The notes beneath the pieces are model-generated. The model was given only the letters and a program-made list of their open reading frames with translations, did not search any database and was not told the origin of the DNA. Position numbers and translations under genes: made by a program. DNA of 64,000 bases from Macrostomum lignano (lineage: Eukaryota), in contig NIVC01002423.1 of NCBI GenBank assembly GCA_002269645.1, forward strand, positions 47,322-111,321. Direction: 5' to 3'. Of this stretch, positions 12,135-24,984 are shown in pieces (within the stretch, counting starts at the first letter, position 1; the number at the start of each line of letters is the position of its first letter).

Positions 12135-12674
12135 CCCGATTTCAACTCTGTGCCTTGTTCAGTTTCTACCTGTGTCGGTGGTCCGCGTGTCACTTTCTTA
12201 CCTCTGACTGAAAGTTTTTGTATTCAATTTGAAATTTTTGACTATAGTTGTTGGTAATGTTAGCAGAAAATCCGCAGAATGCTAAGTTGAAATTAAAGTT
12301 TAAATTAAAATGCTAAGCAGCCTACTGCTCTCTGGTGAAAGGAATTAGTAGGAATGCTAGTAAATTGATGTGAATCAGGGGTTAGCGAATTCCGGCCCAC
12401 GAGTCACATGCTGCCCTCGGGTGCTTTGAAACTTCACGGTTCCAGGTAATTGCTCTCTTCTCATCTCTGTTCTCACTCTTGTCTCTCTTCTCTCCCCTCC
12501 TCTGGCCCGTAGTCATAGGCTGGGTTCTCCATCTGAGGTAAAATAAAAGTTTTCCTAGCCCCGATGAATAGATAAGGCTCAAGCAATTCTGTCTATGGCA
12601 CATACTACTGTTCCCTATCTTCACCCAAAGAGTAGTTTAAGCGCAAATGCTTTTTTATTCTAATAGTATGGTGC

Positions 12675-13300
12675 CATGGATGAATGAATAGAATGGATTG
12701 CTGTTCTGGCTCTGGCTATTTTCGTTTTTGACTCTTTTGCATCCGGTTCCCCCCCCCGTGCCTTTTCATTGGTTGATGATTGCCACGGACAGTTTTCGGC
12801 CTTTGCCCCTTTCTTTCGATGCACAAGCGCTTTCGCTCGTGTTTTGAAATAAAGGGGGAAGACCTACAAGCACGATTCGAGAGTCGATTCGTCTACAATA
12901 AAAAGGAAAGAAAGGGGCGAAAGCCGAAAATTGTCTATGGCAATCATCAACCAATGAAAAGGCACGGGGGGGAACCGGATGCAAAAGAGTCAACAACGAA
13001 AATAGACAGAGCCAGAATAGCAATCCATTCTATTCCGATAGAATGCTTTATATAGATAGATCCTTTCTTTCGATGCACAAGCGCTTTCGCTCGTGTTTTG
13101 AAATAAAGGGGGAAGACCTACAAGCACGATTCGAGAGTCGATTCGTCTACAATAAAAAGGAAAGAAAGGGGCGAAGGCCGAAAATTGTCTATGGCAATCA
13201 TCAACCGGTGAAAAGGCACGGGGGGGAACCGGATGCAAAAGAGTCAAAAACGAAAATAGCCAGAGCCAGAATAGCAATCCATTCTATTCATTCATCCATG
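12675..13300. mobile_element. MITE-like foldback element with about 140-bp TIRs, an internal duplication and about 87-bp flanking direct repeats
   Basis: CATGGATGAATGAATAGAATGG... on the left and ...CCATTCTATTCATTCATCCATG on the right. The core plus right arm is duplicated. 12587-12673 is repeated at 13301-13387. Confidence 0.75.
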
Positions 13301-16063
13301 TTCTGTCTATGGCACATACTACTGTTCCCTTTCTTTACCCAAAGAGTAGTTTAAGCGCAAATGCTTTTTTATTCTAATAGTATAGTGTAAATAGAAACTA
13401 ATGAGCATTCTGTGAAATTTCTGTGCTCATGTCTAATAATTTAGGCACCGTTTTCTTAGCTAGTTTATTCGACAATGTAATGTTTTAAAGTAGCTTTATT
13501 TTTTCACCATTTTGACCTTAATTTGTTTAATCTCCACTTTTAATTAATGGATACTGCGATAGTTTAAAACATCGAAATGTTTGTAGTTTCAGGTTCAATA
13601 GGTGTTGTTTGAAACTTTTACAAAAGGATTTCAGATTTGTTATAACTATATTTATGTTTCTATTATGACAAGAGAACGTTTTATTATAAATGCCTTGGAA
13701 AGTATACGGACCATTTAAAGCTTTTTACTTTCTTGAATTTTTTAATTATTTATTCAATATTAGCTGGCTTAAAATACTATTTTCAACACAGCTGTGTTTC
13801 GCCATGTCTGCATGTAAAACCTGAGTTGTGCCTTTCACGCACTGGTTTCTTCAAACTTTAGTTATTTGTGTCTAGAATTTCCTTTTTTGATTGAAATATT
13901 GAGGACTTATTTTTTTCTCTGAATGACAAAAAACGATAGCAATACCCGTGATAGCCTACTTCTTTTCGCTTTTTCATATTCAGTAGTTTGCTGGAAATTA
14001 AGACAGCTTTCGTTGTACGCATAACAAAAATTATTTTCTAATTTTCGATGACTTTCTGGTGTTTATATTCTAAAAATAGCTATTTCTACTTATTTTAAAA
14101 GTTGAAGAATGAAGCGCTCTTTTTCTTGAAAAAAGTTTGAAAGCTTGCTGGTTGTTTTAAATCTGCACATTAATACTTTTTTGAATTTTCACTGCACATA
14201 TGTAAATCGTTTTTTGAGCATGAGACAATAATTGATTCATTTAAAATTCTAAGAAACAATAACTTTTCATCCTTTTACTTGTAGTAGTAATTTTACATAT
14301 TGTTGACAGACAACTTGCTTTACTAGTATTTTGTCATGAATATTTATCTGCGCCATCGAGATGCAATTTCTTGATCAATGGCACAGAGTCTATATCTATA
14401 TATGGTATAAACGCATATATATAGGCTTGGCTATTTTATAAAACGTCTAAATATTATGCATCACTGAAAGCTGTGCTCATATCGACTGAAAATTTGTATA
14501 AAAAAACTTTGTAAGTGCTCATGCTCAATAATGATTACTTTACTATTGAATGTCAAAATTTTCACGACATCTGTTTTGTTACTTTGCCAGTCATTTTATT
14601 CGCCTGTTAAACTTTGCATGCTACTATCCATAAATAAAATGGGGCAGTAGGTGACATGATTTTGCAAATAATTAATAAAGTACTCATATTTGCCTTTACT
14701 GAAAGCGTTAAATGTTTAATTGTAAATTTCATGTTTTAGCGTTCTAACAATGTTTGCGTATCTTCAACTATGCTATGGTATACAACTATGATATGTACAT
14801 GTAGATAGATACACCTAGAGTAGTAATAAGCAGCTACGTCGTATTCTGCGTACATCTATACATTTTTGCTCTATTGACGATAGACTATAGCCCATATACG
14901 AGCAGCTACCGCTTGGGGGCTGCAGTGGAAATAATATTTTTAACGGTAAAATAAAGGATGGTTTAATTAAGTAGGACCCGAAACATTCCTCTTAAAAAAC
15001 ATTTTTAAGGACCAGCTTTGCGAACAAGACAATTCAGAGGAAAGAAAACTATTTTTCTACGGCACAAAAACTGTTACATGCCTTTTTCGGAAGCAGATAG
15101 ATAGTGATGGGTTTCGGCCTTTTCGGCATTAAAGCTTCAGGGCCTCAGGCCTCAGAAATGAATCAATTAGAGTCCTGACCTCTCCACTCCTGTCAGATGG
15201 TCAGCCCCAAGGTAGCTTGATCTGTGGCGAGCAGTCTAGGTCCTATAGCTAAGAGAGGGACAGCGAGAGACAAGCAGGGAGAATTTTAAAGGTAGAGATT
15301 GGCTAATCCACAGATAACTGACCCGCCGCCATGCACCAGCCCGTGCACCGGCTCACCAAACCGGAGCTTTCGAAATCGGGCTTCCGACTAGAAAGGGGGC
15401 TTTGCACTTACTTGCCAACTAGTGCCTTTTTGTCGTCATTCTCGAAGTCATAGCCGATGATAATTGGGACACTGCTGGGATTCGATCGTATTGGCCATGC
15501 GGGGACAGAGGGGACTTGTGCAGAGGGTTCTTACGCTGGCGAGACTAGCTACATGTACTATTAATTTGCTAAATAAGAAAGATATTGTACAATTCTAGCC
15601 TGCAACTTGCTAACCAGCCTTCTTGTAGCACTGATGATAGACTACATGTAACCTGAAATTTTAGAGATCGCATAGTGATTTACTACCCGAGCCGGCCCGC
15701 TTGGCAGATCTTTGTCCGTGACAATTTTACACGAATACGCTCGTAAGGTGATTTTTAAAAGTGAAGAAGGAATGGGTTCTTAAGAAAATCTGCTTTTTTA
15801 ATTGTTTTCCATTTACTGTTTTTGCTCCTTTCTTATTGGGCGCCCCGAAGGGTGGCCGCACTAGATTGCTAGTCAGACTACTATCAGTATATTATTGAAT
15901 GATTTCTGCCTCAAATATACATGTATGTACAGCACTGCTAAGCAAACTGAACAAAAAGTATGCGCCTAATCCTGCAGCTACTGAAAGAGAGCTATATCGA
16001 GGGGACAGATTAGTGGGTAGTGGGTTAGCATCAGAATCCTGCCGAACCCTGCCGAGATAGGAG

Positions 16064-16330
16064 GGCAGAGTGGCGATGGGCGGGGTGGAGGTGAGGCCGG
16101 CGCAAGGAGTTGGGGTGGGTAGGCAGAGTGGCGATGGGCGGGGTGGAGGTGAGGCCGGCGCAAGGAGTTGGGGTGGGTAGGCAGAGTGGCGATGGGCGGG
16201 GTGGAGATGAGGCCGGCGCAAGGAGTTGGGGTGGGTGGGCAGAGTGGCGATGGGCGGGGTGGAGATGAGGTCGGCGCAAGGAGTTGGGGTGGGTGGGCAG
16301 AGTGGCGATGGGCGGGGTGGAGGTGAGGCC
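16064..16330 (+). repeat. 58-bp G-rich minisatellite, about 4.6 copies
   Basis: GGCAGAGTGGCGATGGGCGGGGTGGAGGTGAGGCCGGCGCAAGGAGTTGGGGTGGGT(A/G), starting at 16064, 16122, 16180, 16238 and 16296. Confidence 0.95.
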
Positions 16331-17020
16331 AAGGGCGACTTAAGTAACTGAAACTTAACTGAAACGGATATTTTGTCAACTAAATCATGTTTTCTTGCTT
16401 GACTATAAAATACACTGCCTTGAATAAATTTGCGGTACAGGGAGATTCGAAGATGTGAGCTTCACACTCATAACAGGACCCTTAGAGGCCAGTGTGTTCG
16501 AAAGTCTTTCTGTCTTGTGAGCAGAAGATAGCAGGAATAAAAACTGTTATACTTGCGGCGAATTTTCGGCTTGCCACTCGCGGGCCGCTATCCGATTGTG
16601 TGACACCCCGACATTAGGCCCGACAGCGGCCCTTGGGTGGCAGCCGCTAGCATTTTTCCAGTGGGATATAGGCTACCCATGCACCCTCGTTTAACAACAA
16701 CTAAAGTATACCAGCTGAAGAAAACGTGGGTTTCTGACATTTAAACATGTTTTTAACACTGTTTCCTGTTAATTAAGTAAAAAATCTATTTTACATGGCT
16801 GAATGAAGACTTAAGAAAGATTTTGCAACCATCCTTAAGTAAAAATTATTACGAGCTATAGCGAGAAAATTGAGAGGAAAAAGTTTAAATTAAAAAGTCC
16901 CACCTTAAAAATATAAGATTCTTAAAGAAATTTTCTATTTTAAATAAATTGCAGGTAAGTTGCTCGCTTGTCAAGTACGATGAATAGGGAGGCAAAAATC
17001 AACATTAAATTAATTAATTT

Positions 17021-17060
17021 GAACGACGCGTTTCGCACGATACTGTGCATCTTCAGGTTT
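17021..17060 (-). ncRNA. Minimal type I hammerhead ribozyme motif (PLE-type)
   Basis: Minus strand reads CUGAAGA-U-GCAC agtatc GUGC-GAAA-CGCG-UC: intact catalytic boxes, 4-bp stem II and palindromic stem III. Stem I has only 3 bp. Confidence 0.75.
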
Positions 17061-17490
17061 ATTTTTGAGCGAAAGAAACGAGAGTGAGATCGGCAGTAAA
17101 TAAATACAAAATTTTGGGGTGTAAATCAATATTTGAAGTACATGTTTGTTGGTCTAAAAGTCAAGAGGCAATGTCCAGGGATGGAATGATAGCGATATAG
17201 TTAGAAGTATATAATGTAACATCCAGTGTCCCCAGCTCCCTCAGAACACACGGAGAACATGTCCCGCGCCACTGTGTTGGAGTTGAGTGTTGAGGTTGGG
17301 GGGAATGCGCTTTAATGTACAACGCTTCACGTATCTGGAGTTTGGAGTCAAATGAGCATTGATCAATGACTTTGAAGCGCGCTCTTCGGGTTTGCAGTTG
17401 GAGCAACTACTCAGCAACAGTCAAAAGTTCTACCCCACTAAGCGAAATTATTTTTTCAGGGGACGCGCAAAGCTTATTGCCGCTTGGGGG
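17021..17490 (-). mobile_element. Penelope-like element 3' fragment (GIY-YIG endonuclease C-terminus plus pseudo-LTR)
   Basis: FKVIDQCSFDSKLQIREALYIK, then in a shifted frame PNLNTQLQHSGAGHVLRVF*, followed by a hammerhead motif. Confidence 0.8.
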
Positions 17491-20400
17491 TGGCTTGGGT
17501 CTGCTTAATGGTCCAGGCCTGGACATTAAGCAGACCCAAGCCCAGGAACAACGCCGCCACACCAAGCCGATGCTGTTAGTCAACTGAAGGAACAGCTACA
17601 GCTGCGCACTCTGCGCTGGCCTTCCCGGTCCCCAGACTAACAGGCTTGATGCTCTGCAGCTGTAGACTCAGGATGATGCTGTCACAGTCTTCGCAGATAG
17701 CTAGCAGGTGATGATCTTAACTTTGATGTTCGCTGCTGATGACCGGGGGATTCGTCCTTGATGATGATGGGGGGAAGTCGCAATCCGCGGGGATCAAGAA
17801 ACGACGGTCAGTTCCTGGCCGGTGGAGCAGGAACCAGGAAAGTTGAGGTCCGAGCGGGCCAAAAACACCGGTTTAAATAACCGCCAACTGGACCGCAGTT
17901 TGTTATAATGGAAGACGTCGATTCTGATTGGCTGAGCCGTTTTGTTAAAATGAGTGCCGAATTTTTTGATTGGCTATAAGCTTGTTGCTACCCAGAATCA
18001 CGTGACCGGGAGATCCTTACAGGGTTTACAGGGTCGTAAAAAGATGACAGGTGCGGTCATAAATCAATCAAAATCGCAACAAAATGATTTATGACTTTTC
18101 GCGTAGGATTGACAGAAATTAATGAAATATATACATTAGAAAGCTCTTATTAAATAGAAAGTGAAGATAATGAAGAGAAATCACTAATCGCTAATCCCAA
18201 AGTACTTTTAGCCTAGGGGTAAAATGCATAGCTGTCAAAGCTGTCACACGCTTGAGTGAACACGAACAATAGGCTCTGACCTCATAAATCTTGATGGCCT
18301 GTCAAAACGATAAGAAAAAAGCTGCTATTCGCATCCCCTCAGGCCATCTGGCGCCAGCCTCAACACTGAGTGAGGCGCAGTGGCTGTCAGACAAACTTTG
18401 AAAGCGATGATTTACGACCCAAAAAGCTGCGCCTATGTTATTATGACTACTAGTATGACCAAACATTATATCTAGTATAGATTCTAGGACAATTCGCAGA
18501 AAAAGAATAAAAATGCCCTTAGCCTGCTGTCAGTAGGCTAGTAAGTTCAGAGCCCATGTGCTAGCGCGGGATTTGGGAAAAAGTGCGTCCTCATCAATTG
18601 AAGCTTACCAGAAAACACATTTTGAACTGTCTTCAGTTATGTCCAATTTGTTTTAATGTGTAATGTGAAAGGCGAGCGGGGCGTGTTTGAGGTGAGGTGG
18701 GGCGGAGAAAGAAAAAATAAAATTGGAAACTGATAAAACTTGGGGTTTTCAATTGGGGTTTCTTCGAAACCGGTCGACGTTGCGTTCGCACGAATAAAGC
18801 CGGAAATTATCGCGCAGACGAATCACAACGGAATTTTTCTCCTGTTTTACTCCGACTGCCGGGGTCCTCAAGTCCGGGGGGAGGGTATAGTCGTAATCGT
18901 AGCGGCCGGAGCGCGGTCGTGTAGCGGCGCGGTCGTTCAAATGATAAGACACCGTAGATTCAGACACCGAAATTGAGCGTGTCGATTTTTCTAAGCTTGT
19001 TAATTCCAGTAGGGTAGAGCTGCCACCACCGTAATTTACGTATTATGGAACGAATAGGTCTCTGAGCTTTCTTGAGCTGAGAACTTTAATTGGTTGTTTT
19101 ACGCCCCACGGGCAAATAACTCAAGATAGGCTATGGCTTAACGTCAACGAATAAATATGGCTGTTACGTTTATTGATTTATTAGTATCTTTATTAATATA
19201 ACGGAGAGAATGTTAAATTGATGTTGTTAATCGTTTACGTCGAGTTGATTCTGCGGGCCGCGCGGTGCTAACGGCTAATTAAGATAAATAAACTGGATAG
19301 GCGCACAAGTAAATCGAATGACAAAACTAGAAACAGAAAACTAAGAAAAGGACGAGGAGGCGGAGAAGGATGCAGTTTACACCGAAACGAACATCAATAT
19401 ATAATTGCCTCAAACTCTACCTCGGCTGGACCACAAAAAGGAAAAATTAAACACGCACAGGGACCAGCCGCGGTAGGAAAAGCAAAAGTATTGAATTAAG
19501 GGTCTTACGAAGTATAATAAGCAACTGGAAACAATTATACGCAAAAGGGAGATTAGCACTCCCATTACGGGACGGGGAGCGTGACGGAAAACGTCCCGGC
19601 GTGGGAGAACAATTCCGGGTTGGGACAACACGATCACGTAAAGGTAAACCGATTTAAAGTTTTATTAAAATAATAACTATATATTAATGTAAAATTTAAT
19701 AGACCAAATTGATAAAGGGGCAGCCACCTGCCACAGAGGGAGACCCGTTGGATTATTAATTTCTCGCGATGTGTTTTTGAATGAAAAAAATATCGTCTCC
19801 TATTCATGACGAGACCGCAAAAAGCGTCCGAGGTTGAGGTTGCTTTTATTTTCTCTCGACAGTAGTCTCGCAGCTTTTGCTTTCATTCGTTACAGTTCAC
19901 AGTTGCAGGTAAGTTTTCTTTCTCAAATGAATTTGTCTTATTTGTGACTAATTCTGGCCATCAGGCCATCCTAAGATTCAAGTCTTCGGACTAGCTTAAT
20001 TTGCAAGTCTAACCTAAGGTGCCTAGCCTACCAAGGTGCAAGTCAATTAGCAGTTAGGCGACTAGGCGTTAGCCGTTAAGACTAAGCATAAGCATCAAAA
20101 TGTTTGGTTACTCTTAACTCTACACTGTCATTTACATTAATCCTTTAATTCACAGTACCATAGTAGGCTACTAAGACCTAAGTGCTACTAGCATAAAGTA
20201 GGACTAACACTGGGCTAGACTTCTTAAGTCTAGGCCTAGGCCTATAAATAAACTGGGCCTAGCCATCTATCTATTCTATTGCATTAATTTTATATGCTAA
20301 TTCAAGTGGCAATCCTGAAGATTCCCACATTTAATTATTTTATGGAATTAAAGCAATCCAATAAAAAAAGTCTGTCAGTGTTACACTACTGGCACGGGTA

Positions 20401-20796
20401 ATAGTATCTAATCCAGTATAGGATATTGCCAAACTGATGGTCTAGGAAGGCCCGGCGCCACATGAACTATTGCAGGTATGTGCTAAAAAAGGCATCCGAA
20501 GTCCCGTGCATGGCCTGGAATTTCATAGCAGCCTATACTTGGCCAGCCATTGGATGCCTGTCTCATTAGTTAGAGCCATCAATTCACAATGGTTGATGCT
20601 AAGTTCAGCTAGTTCAATAGTCAGTGTAACTTCTTGAGGATCCACGATTGTCTGGGGTGCTGGAGGTTGCCCTGCCATAATTCTATGGCTGAAATGTGTA
20701 TAAAAATGCGTAAAATAATTAAATGCGGGAATCTTCAGGATTGCCTTTCAAGTTACTATACAGTCATGTTTAGTAACTTTTTACCTTTTTACTATA

Positions 20797-21000
20797 ATCT
20801 CTACCTATAAAAGTCAAAACTCTGTCTGTGTGTGGACAATTTTGATCGCTATGGACTCCCAAACCGCTCAACCAAATGACACCAAATTTTACACCCACCC
20901 TAAACTCACTACGGAGAATGTCTTAGGCTACCTTTAAATTTCCTAAATTTGAGTCTTCCTACCTAAAAGTGCAAAAAACTGCTCAAAATGCGCGATTTTT
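20797..21000 (+). mobile_element. Possible non-autonomous Helitron 5' end
   Basis: A|TCTCTACCTATAAAAG...CTGTCTGTGTGT...ACCAAATTTTACACC resembles animal Helitron-N 5' termini. No hairpin-CTAG 3' end was found. Confidence 0.3.
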
Positions 21001-21959
21001 TTTACTAAAGCCTCCTTAGCACCGCTCCACTTCTACCGATCCTCTTCAAATTTGACACAATCAATTTTCAACTATTTTGACACAATCGTGTAAAATTTCG
21101 AGTCTCAAAGTTAATCCTGAACGGCGCTGTGCACTTTTAAAGTTTGGCTGTTTTTTTCAGCGAGACAGCCACCCCAACCTCCGCCCGCCTGCCTCTTTCC
21201 CGATCTGGGCAAAGGGTGTAAATGGGTTTTAAAATGACTAACTTTCGGCTGCCATAAGTTTGCTCCAAATTAAGTGATTGACTTCAAATTTGACACAATT
21301 CTTTATTGACTCATTCTCTGCCTACATGTAAAGTCTCAACTCTATATCTCAATCAGGACAGAAACTGAAAGCATGTGAATTTTGTCTGCTTTTTCTGTTG
21401 TTTGTGCCTCTCACTCACTCATTCCCCCAGCCCAGACGAAGGGTCAGGCGATAGGACTGAATGTACATAGCAAATGTACAGTGTTTTGGAATAACTTTAT
21501 TTATAGCCTTCTCTGCACCTCAAGAGTGGAGAGGCTACGTTTAGCCACAACATTTTAGTGAGAAATTCTAACCACTGCCCTCCCCTCTGTATTGGCAAAC
21601 TCTGCAGCAGTTTAACACTGGATGGCAATTGGCAAATCGAGGGAATCCAGCATGGTTTGTAAAAGCGAAAGATTTATGAAAAGGCGATGCAATGCAATGA
21701 AATACAACCCTACTAAATTAGGCACACCATTGAAATTTTAAGTTTCTCTTAAAAGTACTTTGAAATTTAAATGGCCTAAGAAATGCGTATTTCATTTGTT
21801 GTTAGACTGATGCAGACTGCAGTGGAGCTGAAGATACACAAATTCCTTTCAGGGCTGCAAATTGGCAAGAAAGATGACGTGATCAAAGCATGAGAATAAC
21901 GATGAGAGTAGTACGTCCCACAAACTGGCTTTGAAAGCAGGGATCGGCAGACTTTTACT

Positions 21960-23455
21960 TCAAAAGCCAGATAAAGAATCCAGCTTATGTGCGGGCCAGA
22001 TGAGAGTGGAAAGGAAGGAATAGACTATTAGAAGAGAGGAGAGGCGAGACGGGGATAAGAGAAAACATGGAAGATAAGAGGAGAGACAAGTGGTGAGGAG
22101 AGAGCAGAGAAGAAGGGAGGAAGAAGCGAGAGGAGGGGAGAAAGGAGGGAGAGGAAAGAGTAAAGGTGAGAAGAGGGGAGAGATGAGACAGAGGATCGAT
22201 GAGAGAGGAGAGTAGAGAAGAGTGAGATGAGAGAACAAAGAGGAGATGAGAGTATCGAGAGGGGGGATTAGAAAGGATAGAGGGGAGGAGATAAAAGGGG
22301 GAGAGACGAGTGAGAAGAGAGAAGATAGAGATGAGAGAGAGAGAGAGTTGAGAAAGAAGAGAGGACAAAGGAGAGATGATAGAGTAAAGGGAAGAGGAGG
22401 AGAGAGGAAAGAGATGAGATTGTAGAGATGAGTGAGATGAAAGGAAATATGAGAGAGTAGAGTAGAGATGAGAGATGAAGGAAGAGAGAGCAGAGTGCGG
22501 AGAGACGAGAAAAGAGAATAGAGGGGAGAGAGTATAGAAAAGGGAAGAGAAGAGAGGAGTAAGGAAAGAGAGGAGTCAGAAGAGGGGAAAGAGAAGAGTA
22601 CACAGTAGAGAGGAGAGTAGAGATGACAGAAGAGAGAGGGAAATGAGAGAGCAAAGATGAGAGTGAACAGACGATATAAGAGAGGAGAGAGGAGAGTGAG
22701 AGAGAAGAGAGAAGACAAGAGAGGGAGAGTATAGAAGAGAGAAGAGAAGAGATGAGAAGAAAGAAGAAAGGATCGAGTCCTCCTGAGTCAAAAAGGGGAA
22801 AGAGAGGAGTACAAGGGAAGAGAGGTGAGAGAACATATGAGAGTAAAGATGACAGATAAGAGAGGGGAGATGAGAGCAGAAACGAGAGTGAACAGACGAG
22901 AGATAGGGGAATAGAGAGAAAAGAGGAGAGATGAGAAGTGAGTGAGGAGAGAGGAGGGGAAGGGAGAGAATCGAGAGGACAGGGGAAATTGGTGAAAAGG
23001 ACGAGGGAGGAGAGGAAAGAGGGGAGAGAAGAGAGAGAAGAGAGATAGGATAGGAGAGAGCAGAGAGATGAGAGGAGAGAGTGGACAGAGGAGAGGAAAG
23101 AGTTGAGAGAAGAGAGGAAAAAGGAGAGAGTAGAGATAAGGAAAGTGTTGAGAGAGGGTAGAGTAAGGAGTGAGAAGAGAGGTGAGGGAAGAGAGAGTAG
23201 AGAGCAGAGAGAAATGAGAAAAGATAAAACAGGAGAAAGGAGATATGAGAGACCAGAGACCAGAGCGAAGAGAGAAGAGAGAGAAAAGAATAGAGTGGAG
23301 AGGGAAGAGATGAGAGAAGAGATGAGAGAAGAGATGAGAGAAGAGACGAGAGAGGAGAGAAGAAAGAAGAGATAAGAGGGGAGAAAAAGAAGAGACGAGA
23401 GAGAAGATAAGAAACAGAAAAGAAGATGGAAGTTTCAAAGGATGCAAAGGACATA
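21960..23455 (+). repeat. About 1.5-kb polypurine (GA-rich) low-complexity tract
   Basis: Almost only A/G on the + strand, with GAGA, GAGGAGA and AGAGATG motifs. Confidence 0.95.
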
Positions 23456-24693
23456 GGGAGAGGCAGAGGTACGTAAAGGCCAGAGTTTGCCTGACATTCT
23501 GCGCAGCACCCCAGCCAACAATATCAATGTTTGCCTCAAATCCTAATTTTACATGAATGTGCACTACTTTATGTTTAACTCTATCCTAACTATTAACAAG
23601 GGAACAAGTTTTTGTTTAAGTTTTACCTTAGATTTTAGAATACATGCAAAAATAATTCCGGGAAATGGAGTTCCCCGGGTTCAAAATCCGCGGGTTTCAA
23701 CAGCTTGTTTATTATAATTCATTCTATGAAAATTATTGTAACTTGAAGTAGTCTACAACTTCTTTATTAGGATAAGGACTTCACTAAGATTTTGAAAGTT
23801 TTTTTTGTATTTTTATACATACATTTGATAAAGCCAGAGGAGAGTGTTAGAATTATAAATTTTTATTTTTTCTATATCATTTTCAACTTTCAAAATCTTA
23901 TTGAAGTCCTTAATTAGGGCCTGCCCTAAAAGAAGGCAAAATCCAAAAATTAACCGGGCAAGTTTTTTCAAATTCATTTTTGGCAATTTTAAAGCAATAA
24001 ATAGCATAGGGACTTTAGTGAGAATACCATAAGGTAAAAATTGTATAAAAACAAATATATGTGCAACTTTGAGAATAAATTACTCAATATTAGGTTTTAT
24101 AAAAATCGGAAATATACCTAATAAAATACCATAGTCAGGAAGGTATACCATGTGCGCTAGAATAAACTTCTCCCATTTTTTTCTAATGCACCATGCACTA
24201 AAACAATTTTTTTGTTATACCATATGCCGGTGCTTGGAATAGTTAAAAATGCTTTTTATAAATTTGTTACAATGTTACTCCTGGACTAAAATCAATTTTT
24301 GTCCAAGCCTTCTAGCACAGATCTTGCAGAACATTACTTTTTGTTAAAACTTTTGAGCTTAAGGATAATTATTTTGAAAGATAGATTCGATAATTTTTTT
24401 TCAGGATTTTCTTTAGACATTTTAAATGAAAATTAAAAAACTAACAAAAATTTTAGGGTGGTCACTCTCAAGTGACGTGTAAAGTATAAGGAATTACTGC
24501 TGTAATAAGAAGCAGATTCTGTTCTATTTTGTATTCACATCCAAAATATTGTAAATCCTGCTTTATGCAGTGTCATGATGGCTTTAACAATTTCTGATTT
24601 GCTAATTTCGTCAACAGATTCATCAACTGATGGACAACTACCCATTCCTTCTCCAATTCTCACTCCTTTTTTTCTAGCAATTTTCTCCATCTC

Positions 24694-24942
24694 TCATTGA
24701 TGTGCACTGTCATTGGAAGCCTTCACAGCTGATGCAACTCTGCTGGCTACACCTCCTGCGGAACCAAGAGCGCCTACTAGGATGGGGATTAGAGTTGCCA
24801 AAGGAAGAATCTTGCCAGTCTTCTCATCAGTGATATTATGTGTTGGATCTACTTTGACATTAACACCTTTAATTGACACAACACCTGGCTTCTTTGATTC
24901 GATAATTCTGTTGATTTTATTCACGGATCTGGTTTCAATCAT
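24694..24942 (-). pseudogene. Polinton/adintovirus-type small hydrophobic core-like protein remnant
   Basis: GKILPLATLIPILVGALGSAGGVASRVASAVKASND resembles the G-x-LP-x-LIP...G-A-GG-A-AV motif recalled from invertebrate Maverick hypothetical proteins. Confidence 0.6.
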
Positions 24943-24984
24943 TTTATTTAAAAAAAGTATTTATTTCTGTATCATGTGGAATTA

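Noticed and set aside
16440-16700. Possible SINE 3' end with an AAC tail
   Set aside because: No recognisable Pol III A/B boxes or TSD, and only one copy in the window.
17730-17815. CTGATGA...GAAACGACGGTC as a third hammerhead
   Set aside because: No stem II starts directly after CUGAUGA and the spacing does not fit.
18725-18780. CGAAACCGGTC hammerhead-like half motif
   Set aside because: The upstream box is CTGATAA and no stem II forms.
19780-19915. Possible first exon ending in GCAG|GTAAGT
   Set aside because: No downstream exon or ORF could be linked to it.
21960-23564. Long Leu/Ser/Phe-rich or Arg/Glu-rich ORFs
   Set aside because: Artefacts of the polypurine tract, which lacks stop codons.
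23990-24420. Possible adenain-like protease remnant next to the Polinton genes
   Set aside because: All three frames have several stops and no convincing His/Asp/Gln/Cys motif order.
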